Below are positions 50,611 to 62,526 of a stretch of 64,000 nucleotides of DNA, in pieces (within the stretch, counting starts at the first letter, position 1; each line of letters opens with the position of its first letter). The stretch is taken from assembly GCA_965287045.1 (NCBI GenBank), contig OZ336882.1:31930001-31994000 (forward strand). The letters are read 5' to 3'. Made by a program: the position numbers and the translations under genes. Origin of the DNA: Carcharhinus amblyrhynchos (lineage: Eukaryota). The notes beneath the pieces are model-generated. The model had not been told where the DNA came from and ran no database searches. It saw only the letters and a list, made by a program, of their open reading frames with translations.

Positions 50611-53429
50611 ACTATTCCCCCACTTTTCCACAAAATGGTAAAAAGATGAAGATGCATTCATATTGTTGTTTGTGTATCATTCTTAATTTTAAAATTTGAT
50701 TTCTTAATCCAATCTTAACTTCGATCAGATAACCTGCCTTGAAGTGAACTACCAATGCAAATAACTCATCCGATGGCAGCCATTACTAATTTGGTACATT
50801 TATGCATGTCAAAAATTGACTTTGTTATATCCAGTATATGACCACTTACATCTGGTCTTAAAAAAATCTAGTTTATAACTAAAGACTGTTACCTCAAAGT
50901 CATTACTGCTGTCAAAGTGAAGAGGAGGGACCAGGATCTGTTTTCTTTTAGAAAAGAGTAAAAGGTTTTGAACTGATAATGTTAAGTAGAAAAATAAAAG
51001 GGAGTGGGGAAATTATGAAATTTAGGGACAATAGGAAAAACCAAAATGTTAAGTTGAAAGCAGTGTATAATTTTACAGTTATATACTTCTTAAGGTTACA
51101 TTACATTAATACAACTATTCTTGACATCTGATACAATAATAACATGATTTGCTTCTATGCTAGCGTGTGAACTGAAAATGATTTTGGAAAATCGATATTG
51201 ATATGGGATATAACTGCAATTTCTCTGGACTTGCGAGCAATCTAACAGTTAATATAGAGCAAGCTAAGCTCTGTGTTAAAATTAATGGGCCACATGAAAT
51301 GACTTCGAACACTCACAATCCAGTATGAAGCAGGGTTACGAATCGAAAAGATGCAAATGTCTCTCTGATGCAATACAAAATAGATGGGCAGAGTATTTTT
51401 CTCTTAAATACACGAGTTTAGATACATCGTGTTTTTATACAGGAAGGATTTAGGAACTATTCATTATGAGAAACTCCAAACCCAAAATTATATAGTTAGT
51501 TCCATGTCATCAAAGTAAATTGCACCACTTAGTGGAAAGTTGTGGGTTTGCATGTAAAATTCTTCACGTGGCAAATTCTCAGTAGTAGGATTGGGAAACA
51601 GCATGGGTGAATTATCAAGCAATTCTATTGGGCATCTGCCAAAGTGGCATTGTCAAATCCAAAGCTATCTGCACCAGATATAGAGTGTAGGTACTTCACC
51701 AGTGTGGTATTATTTTGTGACTAATAGCTTCAAATCAGCATCTATGAATAATAAAAATGTTAATTCTTGCTTAATGTACGTACTCAGTCACTGTTCAACA
51801 GCTGACAGAAAATCCAGCCATGAATTAATCTGAAACATTCGATTTATAGGGTGGGTTATAGTCTATCGCTTATAATGACTTCCCAGACCAAGTACGGAAT
51901 TTGTATTATTGTGTACAGCTGATGTACTTCACAATGATAATTCTCCCCCTTGCCCTTTAAGTACGTTAGCCATTCCAGCACTTTCCTTTCCTTTTGGTAT
52001 ATTATCTAGCGGAATACCTTTGCAAAAAGTAGAAACAGGTACAATGCAAAATAGCAGACTGAATATACATTCACACCATTTATACTGTTGTGAATGAATA
52101 AAGCCTTTCACTTATTGAATGTTTGCTACCTTACTCTATTGTTAATTTGCATTTTCACTTGCAATGTTTGGATTCACATTTTTTCAGGATTAGCCCAAAA
52201 ATTTTCCAGCCTTGATTGTAGCTGGGGACTTTCCCAGTTAAATACACAATAAAGTCCAATTAACTGATCAGATTGGGAATGTGATTGCTGATGGTTGGCT
52301 GCTCATGATTCAGCAAGTTATCAACCTCAAACCTTCAACACTGAGAACTACCAATCTTCTTCCAATACACTTCATTGCAGTCCACTTCTGTGACACTTAG
52401 GACACATTTCAGTCTTATCTGCTTTTACAAAGTCACTACATCTCCATGGCGTTCTCTTTTTGTGCTCACATTGTCAATATTTAGTACATCCTTGATATTC
52501 TCAATTTACGTTATGCACATTGGCAACAGCATCTGGAAATGTGAAGTCACCTTGGACACCATTGCAACGCTGCTTCAAACCTCAGCCTTCACCTTTAATG
52601 CCACCACTGAAGCCACCCATGCCAAAATGTTCACCTAACATTAAGCTTAAGAAGAGTTATAACCCTCTAATGAGTAAAGTTGAAGCACAGAATAAAAGAG
52701 TCAGTGACAGCATGAATATGCTGCCATTGAGTTGAGTGATAGGAAACTGTAATGATGAATGGTTGTTTTTAGAATTAGACAGTAATCAGTGGGATTCCTC
52801 AGGTATCAATACCAGGACTTTTCCTTTTCTTGATAGATATTAATTGCATTTGATTCTGGTGTACAGGTCACAATTTCAAAATGTGCATTTGACACTCAAG
52901 TTGCAAGTTATACGAACTGTAAGGAGGATAGTGACAGATGTCAAAAGACATTGTTACGCTGGTGGAATCGGAGGGAAGCATATGGCAAATGAAATTTAAT
53001 GCTGAAATCATGCAAAGCGACACAGTTTGCTAGAAAAAAAAACAAGGGCAGCAAGATAAGATAAGGGTAAAATTGAAAATGGGATGCAAGAGGAGAAAGA
53101 TCTGAGCATTTATATGGACAAATCATTGAATGTGGCAGGGCAAATTCAGAAAGAGATTAAAAGGCGTACTGTATCCAGGACTTTATAAGTAGAGGCATAG
53201 AGTACGAAAGCAAGGAAGTTATGATGAACCTTTACAAATCACTGATTCTACCTCAATTAGAGTAGTGTATCCAGTTCTGGACACCATACTTTAGAAAGGA
53301 TATGAAGGCTTCAGAGAAGATGCAGAAAGAGGGATGGGGGCCTTAATTACATGGATAGATTAGTTTGGTTTTTTTTAAACGAGTAGGTTGGGAGGGAATT
53401 TGGGACAGAGTAAGCCAATAAAATCATGC

Positions 53430-54292
53430 ATGAGCCAAAAAATCAGGATCACACCGATTTCCTGGTTCTTGTGATTTTACAAGGTCAGCCTCTTGGCAGA
53501 AACGGGCAAAAGGCTGAATAATTTAAATATATTTAAATTTAAATTTCTATGTATTTTGTGAGTTCGCAGCCCGATTGTCTGGGCTCACTTGCCTTTATGG
53601 CCTCTCCGGGAGAGGTTCTTTCTGGTGAGAGAAACACCTGCTCCCCATGAACAGGAAACAGTCATGTTGGCCTTGCCGGTGGAACTGGAGGCCATTGAGG
53701 CCACCCCCCTCCCCACCCCACCCCGGAAGACAGAGGGCAAAGGGGATGCCCCTTGGGCACTGCCAGTCCAGCATCTGGACAATGTCCATCGAGCAATGCG
53801 GGGGGGTGGGGGGGGGGGGCGGCGGCAGGGTATGAAGAGGGTGACCTGATTGGATTGGGGTGTGGGTGGGGAGGCTGCTGTCTTCTGCAATGGGATCACA
53901 TCAGGGAGAGGGGAGGCGTGATTGGTCTGGGCTACAGGGGCTGGATGCCCAGGCATTGTTGGACTCACGATCAGCCATGGGCCCCCATGATTGCCAGGGG
54001 GCACAGAGTTTGTTGAGGCTGCTTGCGGCAGGGGTCTGATAGCAACTCCGTCTGTTGCTATTGAGCATGTACAGAATCAGAAGTCTACACATGCACAGTA
54101 GCTCGCTCTGCAGGCTAACTGGTGAATTAAGTCCAGCCCACTATCTGCAGCAGCTAGAAACAGTCTACACCAGTTTTTCAATGACAAAGCGCAAAAGATT
54201 GAGTGTGAAAACACACCCAAAAAAATGAATCAGGAATTCTCCCACTTTCACACCAGTTGGATACTTAGAATCATTCTTGTAAAATTCCACCC
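53430..54292. mobile_element. GC-rich non-autonomous element inside an old CR1
   Basis: atttaaatatatttaaat core, gggcactgcc, end gtaaaattccaccc; CR1 sequence resumes after it. Confidence 0.6.
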
Positions 54293-54374
54293 TTGATACA
54301 GGTCTTTAAAGGCTTGAGGGGGTCTAGACAGAGCTGATAGAAGTAAACTGCTCCCATTAGTAGGTGGAAGGGTT

Positions 54375-55212
54375 ACATAAGAACATAAGAACATAAGAAA
54401 TAGGAGCAGGAGTAGGCCATCTAGCCCTTCGAGCCTGCCCCGCCATTCAATAAGATCATGGCTGATCTGTCGTGGCTCAGTTCCACTTTCCCGCCCTCTC
54501 CCCATAACCCTTAATCCCCTCTCTTATCAAGAACCCATCAACCCGCTTCTTAAAAATATTTAGCGAGGCAGCCTCCACCACTTCAACGGGCAGAGAATTC
54601 CAGAGATTCACCACCCTTTGAGTGAAGAAGTTCCTCCTCAACTCCATTCTAAACCGCCTCCCCTTTATCTTGAGGCTATGCCCCCTAGTCCTACTGTCTT
54701 TTTTGAGCGGGAAGAGTCTCTCCACCTCTATCCTATCCATCCCATTCATCATCTTATACGTCTCAATGAGATCTCCCCTCATTCTTCTAAACTCTAACGA
54801 GTACAAGCCTAGTTTATTCAGCCTCTCCTCATAGCTCAATCCCCTCAACTCCGGTATCAGCCTAGTAAACCTCCTCTGCACTCCCTCCAGGGCCAAAATA
54901 TCCTTGCGCAGGTGCGGCGCCCAAAACTGCACACAGTACTCCAGCTGCGGCCTCACCAATGCCCTATACAGCTGCAGCAAGACCTCCCTACTTTTATATT
55001 CAATCCCCCTCGCTATGAAGGCCAGCATCCCATTCGCCTTCCTGACCACCTGCTGCACCTGCAAGCTGGGTTTTTGCGACTCATGCACAAGGACCCCGAG
55101 GTCCCTCTGCACCGTCGCCTGCTGCAGTTTTTCGCCCCGTAAGTAATAGTCCTTCCTACCATTCTTCCTACCAAAGTGGACCACCTCGCACTTGCCAACA
55201 TTAAATTCCATT
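54375..55212 (-). mobile_element. Young CR1 3' fragment, same subfamily as 10508-13556
   Basis: About 14 substitutions in ~830 bp versus the long copy, counted by eye; same tail; nested in an old plus-strand CR1. Confidence 0.95.
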
Positions 55213-56402
55213 GAGAACACTAAAGGTGAATGGCACAAGAATCTAAGGGAACATGAGGAAAACATTTTTTAAAAAAACAGTGACTGGATAGGGTCTGGAA
55301 TGAACTGTGGTGGCAATCGGATAAATATTGGCTTTCAAAAGGGAATTGAATAACTGCCTGAAGAAAGGAATTTGTAGGGCTATGAGGGAGTGAGACTAAC
55401 TGAGTTGCTTTTGTAAGAGAGCTGGCATGAACACAAAGACCAACTGGCCTCCTTCCATGTTATAACCATAAGTGTTGGTAAAATTAACTCCAGCTGCATT
55501 TCCATCTCACAGTCCTGGCTCCATCAACCTCCAACTTCAACCTCAGGCCTTGCTCAGGGAATAAAGGCTAAGCATCTCACTAGAACCCATGCTGAGCTTC
55601 CTCGCTATCTTTTAACTGTTGCCAAAATTACTCTAACATGGGCCAAGTAGAGTGTTGGTGCAGGGGTTTTAAGTGAGGGTTTTAAGTAAGGCTCAAGGTA
55701 CCAGGGATAGTGGAGAAGTTGATTTCCATCTTGGACACAGGCAAGTGCAAGCAACATATCTTAAAACAAGGATGTCAAGGCGTTCAAAATTAAAGCAACA
55801 AACAATATTAAATAGGACTCTTGCCATCACAGATTATCTTATTTGGCTCCTGCATATTTTTAGTAATTCACGGCACCTTTTCTCTTCCAGATTAATAGCA
55901 TTGGTAGCTGCTTGTGGACACTCGATTCTTGATTCGTAATTTATATGCCCACTTATTACGTTTGAGGAACGTAAGAAATAGGAGCAGGAATAGAGGAATT
56001 TTTCCCATTCCTCCTGCCATGGGATCGTAGAGGGTGGGAGGATGGACCATGCAGAGGTCTGTTGACCTCAGGCAGGATTTTACAGTTTTGGGGCAAGTGC
56101 AACTGAAATATTCCACCCTATAGCTCATTCAAGCTTGTTCTACCATTCAGGAAGATCAGGGATGAACTTGTACATCAACATTTCATTTATCAACACTTAC
56201 TTTATATTAAATTTAACGCGCTGGATCAATCAATCAGCATTTCAAAGTTAACATCCTCAGTCAATTTGGAGAGGAAAAAAAGTGTTTTCAAAAGTAAGTG
56301 GTACTAAGAGAGACTTCCCCATCTGTGAATTTGTCCTCTCATCTATGTTATTCACAGCTGTTGGAAATTATTCCCTTATAAAAATTGATTAATACCATTC
56401 AC

Positions 56403-56552
56403 CTTTTTATACTTCCATAGCTGGTTTCCACGCATTCCATGGCAATCAAATAATGTAACAGGACTATTTTGTGAAACAGCATCAAAACAAAATTTTCTAG
56501 TGTGCAGGGGATCTCCGGGGCGTATATCTTCTCGCCAACCCAAAGTGAATAC
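56403..56552 (-). CDS. GALNT10: GALNT10 exon, ricin-type lectin beta subdomain
   Basis: Not in ORF track; read by hand. 150-nt exon, ttcattag| to |gtgaat; [50 protein letters not shown] (QxW motif). Confidence 0.93.
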
Positions 56553-56679
56553 CTAATGAAGTTCAAAATCAAATGTGAAAATTAGTAATGTAACAATTTA
56601 CTACTGCCGTGACTAAAAATCTTAACACTACAATACCTGTGAAAAGGAGTGAGACAAAAGGGCAAACAGATTAATAAAG

Positions 56680-57300
56680 AAAAGCCAATGGGATTCAGGG
56701 AAATGCAGTGACCTGGATACAAAATTGGTTCAGTGGCAGAAAATAAAGGGATACTGATGGATATTTTTGCAACTGGAAGGCAGTTTCCAGTCGGGTTCCC
56801 CAGGGTTCAATACTAAGTCCCCTGCTTTTGGTGGTATAAATAATTTGGATGTGAATGTAGGGGGAATGGTCAAAAAGTTTACAGATGATACAAAAGTTGG
56901 CTGTGTAGTTGATAGTGAAGCAGAAAGCTGTAGGCTGCAGGAAGATATCAATATACTAGTCAGATGGACAGAAAAGTGACAAATGGAATTCAACCTGGAA
57001 AAATATGAGGTGATGCATTTGGGGAGATTAAACAAAGTGAAGGGAGACTAGTGGGAGAATATTAAGAGGTGTAGATGAAGTGTGGGGCCTTGGACTGCAG
57101 TAGTAGAGTAGACTAGAGTAGTAAGGGTCTGGAACTCACTGCCTGATAGAGGCAGAAACATGCGATTCATTTAAAAAGATGACAGGATATGGATCTCAAG
57201 TGCTGTAACCTGAAGGGCTGCAGACTGAGGCTGGGGGCTTGTTTTGCACTGGCACAATCAAGACAGGCCAAATGGCCTTTCTCAATGCCATACGCTTCCT
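56680..57300 (+). mobile_element. Old CR1 RT/3' fragment
   Basis: ORF 56767-56979 KKFTDDTKVG..LQEDI; atggaattcaacctggaaaaatatgagg. Confidence 0.75.
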
Positions 57301-57723
57301 ATGACTGTAACATGGGACAGAGGAGATGTGGAAGTATGTGATTGAGAGAAGGTATTGAAAGGCCCATTGAAGATCAGATTTTCCCCATAAATCCCATCCC
57401 AAATGCAGACTGCAGCTGCTAGTGGCTCCTTTCCTTGGCAAAGCGTGTTATACAATCCAGTGCCTCGCTGCCACCCACATGACTTGGACACACAGAAAAG
57501 AGTAGAGTTAAAGAAAGAAAAGCAGCAGGAAAGAGTGAGATGAAGGCAGACATTATGGGCATTTGCACCAATGCTAAAAAATCCCGACTGAGATCAACGG
57601 ACCTTTGCATGGTCTGTGCCCCACCCCCTACGATTCCAGCAGCAGGGAAAATTCCATCCTTTATCATAACTAACTGGTTCTTAGTTTGTAATTGAAATTA
57701 AAGCACTGTTTCAGCTCACTGAC

Positions 57724-57840
57724 CTGTTCATTAGACCATGTTCCATCTACACCACCTTTGACACAAACATCCAACTTCAGCTGTGAGCCAGAAGCCCCAT
57801 GTTTACTGTCCACACAGAGACCCACACCAACATTACGAAT
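57724..57840 (-). CDS. GALNT10: GALNT10 exon, ricin-type lectin alpha subdomain
   Basis: 117-nt exon, tttcccag| to |gtcagt; [39 protein letters not shown], in frame with the neighbouring exons. Confidence 0.92.
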
Positions 57841-58347
57841 CTGGGAAAGAAAGTTATTTACGTGAATTATAAAACAACTTTTGTTAATGAATTGCATTTT
57901 CTTGGCTCGGGTTTTTCTAGTTTCTGAGCTCTGAACAGGAAGGGACAATTGTGCACTGACTCAAATCTCTTAGGAAAGTAGTTCAACCTCGTCCTCCCTT
58001 TTTATAATTTGAATCATTCATCATCAATGAAAACAAAATACAGACAAAGGAAGGATATTTGGCCATCAAAGCTGTTGTTTTTATGGGCTGTGTAGAATCC
58101 ATCAATAATTTCCATTCCTATTTCTATCCCACTTGACTATTTCAAGTTATTGGCAAGAATCCATTTAATATAATAAATGTTCATTTTTTTTAACCTCTTT
58201 TTATCACTATCATCATAATTTCTTCTATCAGCTAGTTTTTTGTTTTTCAATAGTTAAGAATCTCAATGCCTATCATGCTCTCAACTCGCTGAAGAATAGG
58301 AGAAATCACCAGCTTTGGTGGGATTTTGTTTCTATCTGTACCTTTAT

Positions 58348-58605
58348 CGGCACAGTGGCAAGCACTGCTGCCTCACAGTGTCAGGGACCAGGGTTCAATT
58401 CCGACCTTGGGTCAGTGTGCGTGGACTTTGCACATTCTTCCTGTGTCTGCACAGGTTTCCTCCCATAGTACAAAAATGTGCAGGTTTGGTTGATTGGCCA
58501 TGCTAAATTGACCGTGTCAGCAGGATTAGCAGGTAAATATGAGGGGTTACGGGAATAGGGCCAGGGTGGAATTGTGGTCGGTTCTGCACTGTAGGGATTA
58601 TATGA
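58348..58605 (+). mobile_element. HE1-type V-SINE (internally deleted)
   Basis: ggcacagtggcaagcactgctgcctcacagtgtcagggaccagggttcaattcc plus V domain. Confidence 0.85.
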
Positions 58606-59106
58606 TTTATATTCCTTGTTACAGCTCCACTGAAATCTGTTCAGGAAATAATTTTGTTTGACGTGCAAGACCCTGCTACAGATTCAGGACCTTCCCCCTC
58701 TTAACTCATCAGCCCTTGTTTCTATAGGAAAAATAATAAAAATTCTATTAACATTTACCTCCTACATTTCACTGTCTACCTATGTAACTATTTAGTTCTC
58801 CATAGCAATGGTTTTTCCAGCTAGGGTCTGGCTTTCTATTATCTGTATTAGTTCACTCCACTTAACCCAATCTTTTATTGGTACCAATTAAACTTTTGCT
58901 GTTGACCTATTCACCATTTCAAGAACCAGTCATAACACCTCGATAAAGGTTTCTACCACAGAACTGTCTGCTGAGGTTTTACTTACAAGGCTCATACTCA
59001 TTGGATACAAGATTTATTTATGTGGCTTCACGGAACACCCAATACTCAGTACTATCTTGTCTTCTTCCTTACTTAACTATACTCACCTTCAGGAGATGGA
59101 CTGAAC

Positions 59107-59302
59107 CAGACCTGCAAGAGACACATTTCACCAGGATAAGATAAAACAGAGCAGGGGGACGAGGCCAGCACTCAGCTTTGGGGGTGGACAGCCGCAGACC
59201 TGTGAGATACACGCTTCACCAGGGCAGGGTAAGAGAGTGCAGGGACTAGGCCTTCACTCATCTTTGGGCAGCAGAGAGCATCAGACCTGCAAGGGACTTC
59301 AC
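59107..59302 (+). repeat. ~88-bp tandem repeat (2.2 units)
   Basis: cagacctg at 59107, 59195 and 59282, with conserved ttcaccagg, gcaggg..aggcc..cactca.ctttggg. Confidence 0.75.
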
Positions 59303-60675
59303 CCAACCGTCAAACAGCGCGCTGAGTTTGAAAAAAAAATCAAAAAGTGATGCCATATGAATGCAGAAGCTGATTGGTTTGTGAGTAGCTGATATTAGGG
59401 ACTGTGTTTCAATAGCTGAAGCTAAAAGAAACTCATTTATTGGGAGAAGTATTATTTATTAGCTATATTTAGATTTGTATAGTCTAAGAGGGTTGTGAAT
59501 CTATGGAACTCACTGTCGCAGAATGCAGTGGATGCAGAATCAATCAACGGATTCAAAGAGGTAGATAAATACTTGATCAAAAGCAGGATAAAGGGCTATG
59601 GGGAAAAGGCAGGGAAGTGGAGTTAGGATGAGATGGAGATCAGCTATGACCATATAGAATAGCGGAGCAGGCTTGAACTGATGAATTGCCTACTCTCGCT
59701 CCTAATTCCTATGTTCCTATGTTAATTTTACATTTAAGACATGTCAGGTAAGGACAGCTATGTGGAATGTGTGACTTGTCATTTGTGGTGAGACCTAGCT
59801 GACCACATGTGCAGAAGTGCTCCCAGCTGCAGAAACTGGAGCTCCGGGTTTCAGAGCTTGAGCAGCAACTGGAGACCCTGTGGCGCATACGTGAGGCTGA
59901 ATGTTATGTGCTTAGCATGTTTAGAAGGTGATCACACCATAGCTCAAATGACTAGAGGGCAGAAGGGAATGGGTGGCCAACAGGCAGTCCAGGAGAAAAC
60001 AGGCAGGTAGTGTAGTTGTCCCCTGGGGTCCCACTCACTAATCAGTTTTCCATTTTGTAAGCTGACGAGGGCACTGGTACCTCAAAGCAGTGCAGTTAGA
60101 ACCAAGTGACAGGGAATTCATTAGTCAGGGAGAAAATAGGAGTTTCTGCAACCAAAGATATAACCCAGGATGGTGTGTTGCCTCACTGGTGCCAGGGTCA
60201 GGGACGTCACTAAATGGCTGCAGGGCATCCTGAAAGGGGTGAGTGATGAGTTAGAGGTCGTAGTATATGTTGGTACCAACTGCAATAAAGAGAGAAGATA
60301 TCTTGGAAGATGTCTTCAAAAGAGGCTTTGTGGGTAGAATTTAGGAATATAAAGGTGGCAGCCACATTGCTTGGAGCATATTATAAATCCCCAAAGAATC
60401 AGCGGGAAATAGAGGAGCAGATATGTAATCATTCACTGAGGTGTGAGTAATTATACTAAGGGATTTCAACTTCCCCAACATAAATTGGGATTGTCATAGC
60501 GTAAAGAGTTAAAAGGGCCAGATTTCTTGCAGTGTTTCCAGGGAAGATTTTGTATTAATATGTAGAAGGCCCAGCAAGGAATGGCAAAATCCTCTATCTG
60601 CTTCTGGTTAATGAACACAGTAAGAAGTCTTACAACAGCAGGTTAAAGTCCAACAGATTTATTTGGTAGCAAATG

Positions 60676-60716
60676 CCACTAGCTTTCAGAGTGCTTGCTG
60701 CTCCTTCGTCAGGTGA
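60676..60716 (-). ncRNA. Hammerhead-like motif, inverted pLTR arm
   Basis: Minus strand reads tcacctgacgaaggagcagcaagcactctgaaagctagtgg; helix II is weakened. Confidence 0.55.
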
Positions 60717-61027
60717 GTGGGAGATCTTTTCACAAACAGGGCATATAAAGGCACAAACTCAATTTACAAAATAATGATTGAAATGCGAGTCTTTACAGCT
60801 AATCAAGTTTTAAAGTCTTTGCAGTGAAGAATCGAGCCCCTGCTGTGTTACTGTAAAGTATTGTCTGGAGAAAGTACACATCTCTTTAACTTGTGCTTAA
60901 TGCTCTCTCTACTTACATTGTCTGTACCTTTAAGACTTGATTAGCTGCAAAAGACTTGCATTTCAATCATTATTTTGTAAATTGAGTTTGTGCCTTTATA
61001 TGCCCTGTTTGTGAAAGGATCTCCTAC

Positions 61028-61068
61028 TCACCTGACGAAGGAGCAGCAAGCGCTCCGAAAGCTAGTGG
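61028..61068 (+). ncRNA. Minimal type I hammerhead ribozyme-like motif in a Penelope pLTR
   Basis: UCAC-CUGACGA-A-GGAGC(agcaagc)GCUCC-GAAA-GCUA-GUGG: core, 5-bp helix II, palindromic AGCU helix III and UCAC/GUGG helix I. Confidence 0.7.
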
Positions 61069-62400
61069 CATTTGCTACCAAATAAACCTGCTGAACTTAA
61101 ACTTAGTGTTGGAAGACACCTTACTGTGTTTACCCCAGTCCAACGCCGGCATCTCCACATCTGGGGAATGAAGCCAGACGATTGTTCAACGTGGCAGTGA
61201 GGGAGCACTTCAGCAATGCGACCACATCACACTATGGTTCAAATTTGTTATGGACGAGGAGAAAGATGGCCCGCAAAAGACAGCTTTGGATTTTATTGAA
61301 ATAAGGCAGGATCTGGTGAAAGTTAACTAGGAACAACTCCTTGTGCTAAAGTCTACAGTGAAGCAGTAGGGGACACTTAAGAAGGAACTGGGGAGAATGC
61401 AGGTCCAACATGTCCCCTATCGGGGTAAATGTAGGAGCAATAAGTTCAGGAAATCCTGGATGTCTAGGACAATTCAGGACTGGATCAGGAAGAATAGAAA
61501 GAGTTTTAACAAGACCAAAGGGAGCAATTCCAGCTGTGACCCTACAGGAATATAGGAAGTGCAAGGACGAACTTACGAAAGCAATTGAAAGAACAAAAAG
61601 GGGGCATAAAAAAACCTTATGAACAAGATTATGAAGAATCCTAAAAAATTCTATAAATACATTAAGGGGAAGTTGTTAACCAGGGAAACAGTAGGGCCCA
61701 ATGAAGACCAAGGGGGCAATCTGTGTGAAGCCGTAGAACATTGGAATACTTCTTCACTCAAGAAAAGGAGACTGTAGGTACAGAATTCAGGAAACAGGAC
61801 TGGAACTTGCACAGTTTGACATAGGAAACAAGGAATGAGGAGGTATTGGCGGCTCTGACTGGCTTAAAAAGAATGGACAAATCTCCAGATCTGGATGATT
61901 TGCATTCCAGACTACTGTGGGAGGCAAGGCAAGATATTGCAGAAGTTCTTAATACCTCTCAGATCATGGGGGAAGTACCAGCGGGATCAGGGAAGGCTCA
62001 TGTGATGCCACTTTTTAAGGGTGGTGGTAGAGATGAACCAGGAAATTACAGACTGGTGAGTCTCATGTTATTGGTAGGGAAACTATTGGAGAAAATTCTG
62101 AAGGAGAGAATTAATCTACACTTAGAAAGGCATGGGATAGATAGCATGGTTTTGTCCAGAGGTCACGTCTAACAAATTTGATGGAATTTTTCAAAAATGT
62201 GATCAAATGTGTGGATGAGAGAAGTTCAGTTCATGTAGTTTATATGGATTTTAGCAAAGTCTTTGACAAGGTCCCACATGGAGGCTGATTGAGAAGATTT
62301 AAGCACATGGAATTCAGGGAAACTTGGCAAGATGGTTCCGAAACTGGCTTAGTAATAAAACACAAAGGATGGTGGTGGAAGGCTGTTTGAGTTACCGGAG

Positions 62401-62526
62401 TAAGAAGTCTGACAACACCAGGTTTAAGTCCAACCAATTTAAAATTTAAATCGGTTGGACTTAAACCTGGTGTTGTCAGACTTCTTACTGTGTTTACCCC
62501 AGTCCAACGCCGGCATCTCTACATCA
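62401..62526. mobile_element. Minimal Penelope-like hairpin insertion
   Basis: Perfect 36-bp inverted arms at 62400-62435 and 62453-62488, a 38-nt tail, and a 13-bp TSD tgagttaccggag (62388-62400 and 62527-62539). Confidence 0.92.

Larger units (their letters stand above)
52740..55470 (+). mobile_element. Old CR1 RT/3' end interrupted by a GC-rich element and a young CR1
   Basis: Degenerate GIPQ, RGIEY and YCIQFW-like remnants at 52790-53330; resumes at 54293-54374 and 55213-55470. Confidence 0.75.
60614..61160. mobile_element. Penelope-like inverted pLTR pair
   Basis: Arms 60614-60815 and 60928-61130 are reverse complements and homologous to 1750-1998. One-sided 30-nt tail; degenerate TSD tctgg..aatgaa. 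Confidence 0.9.

Noticed and set aside
57714-57723. Competing +4 donor (GTCA|GTGAGC) at a GALNT10 exon
   Set aside because: It would frameshift the transcript; this is a common arrangement with no evidence of use.
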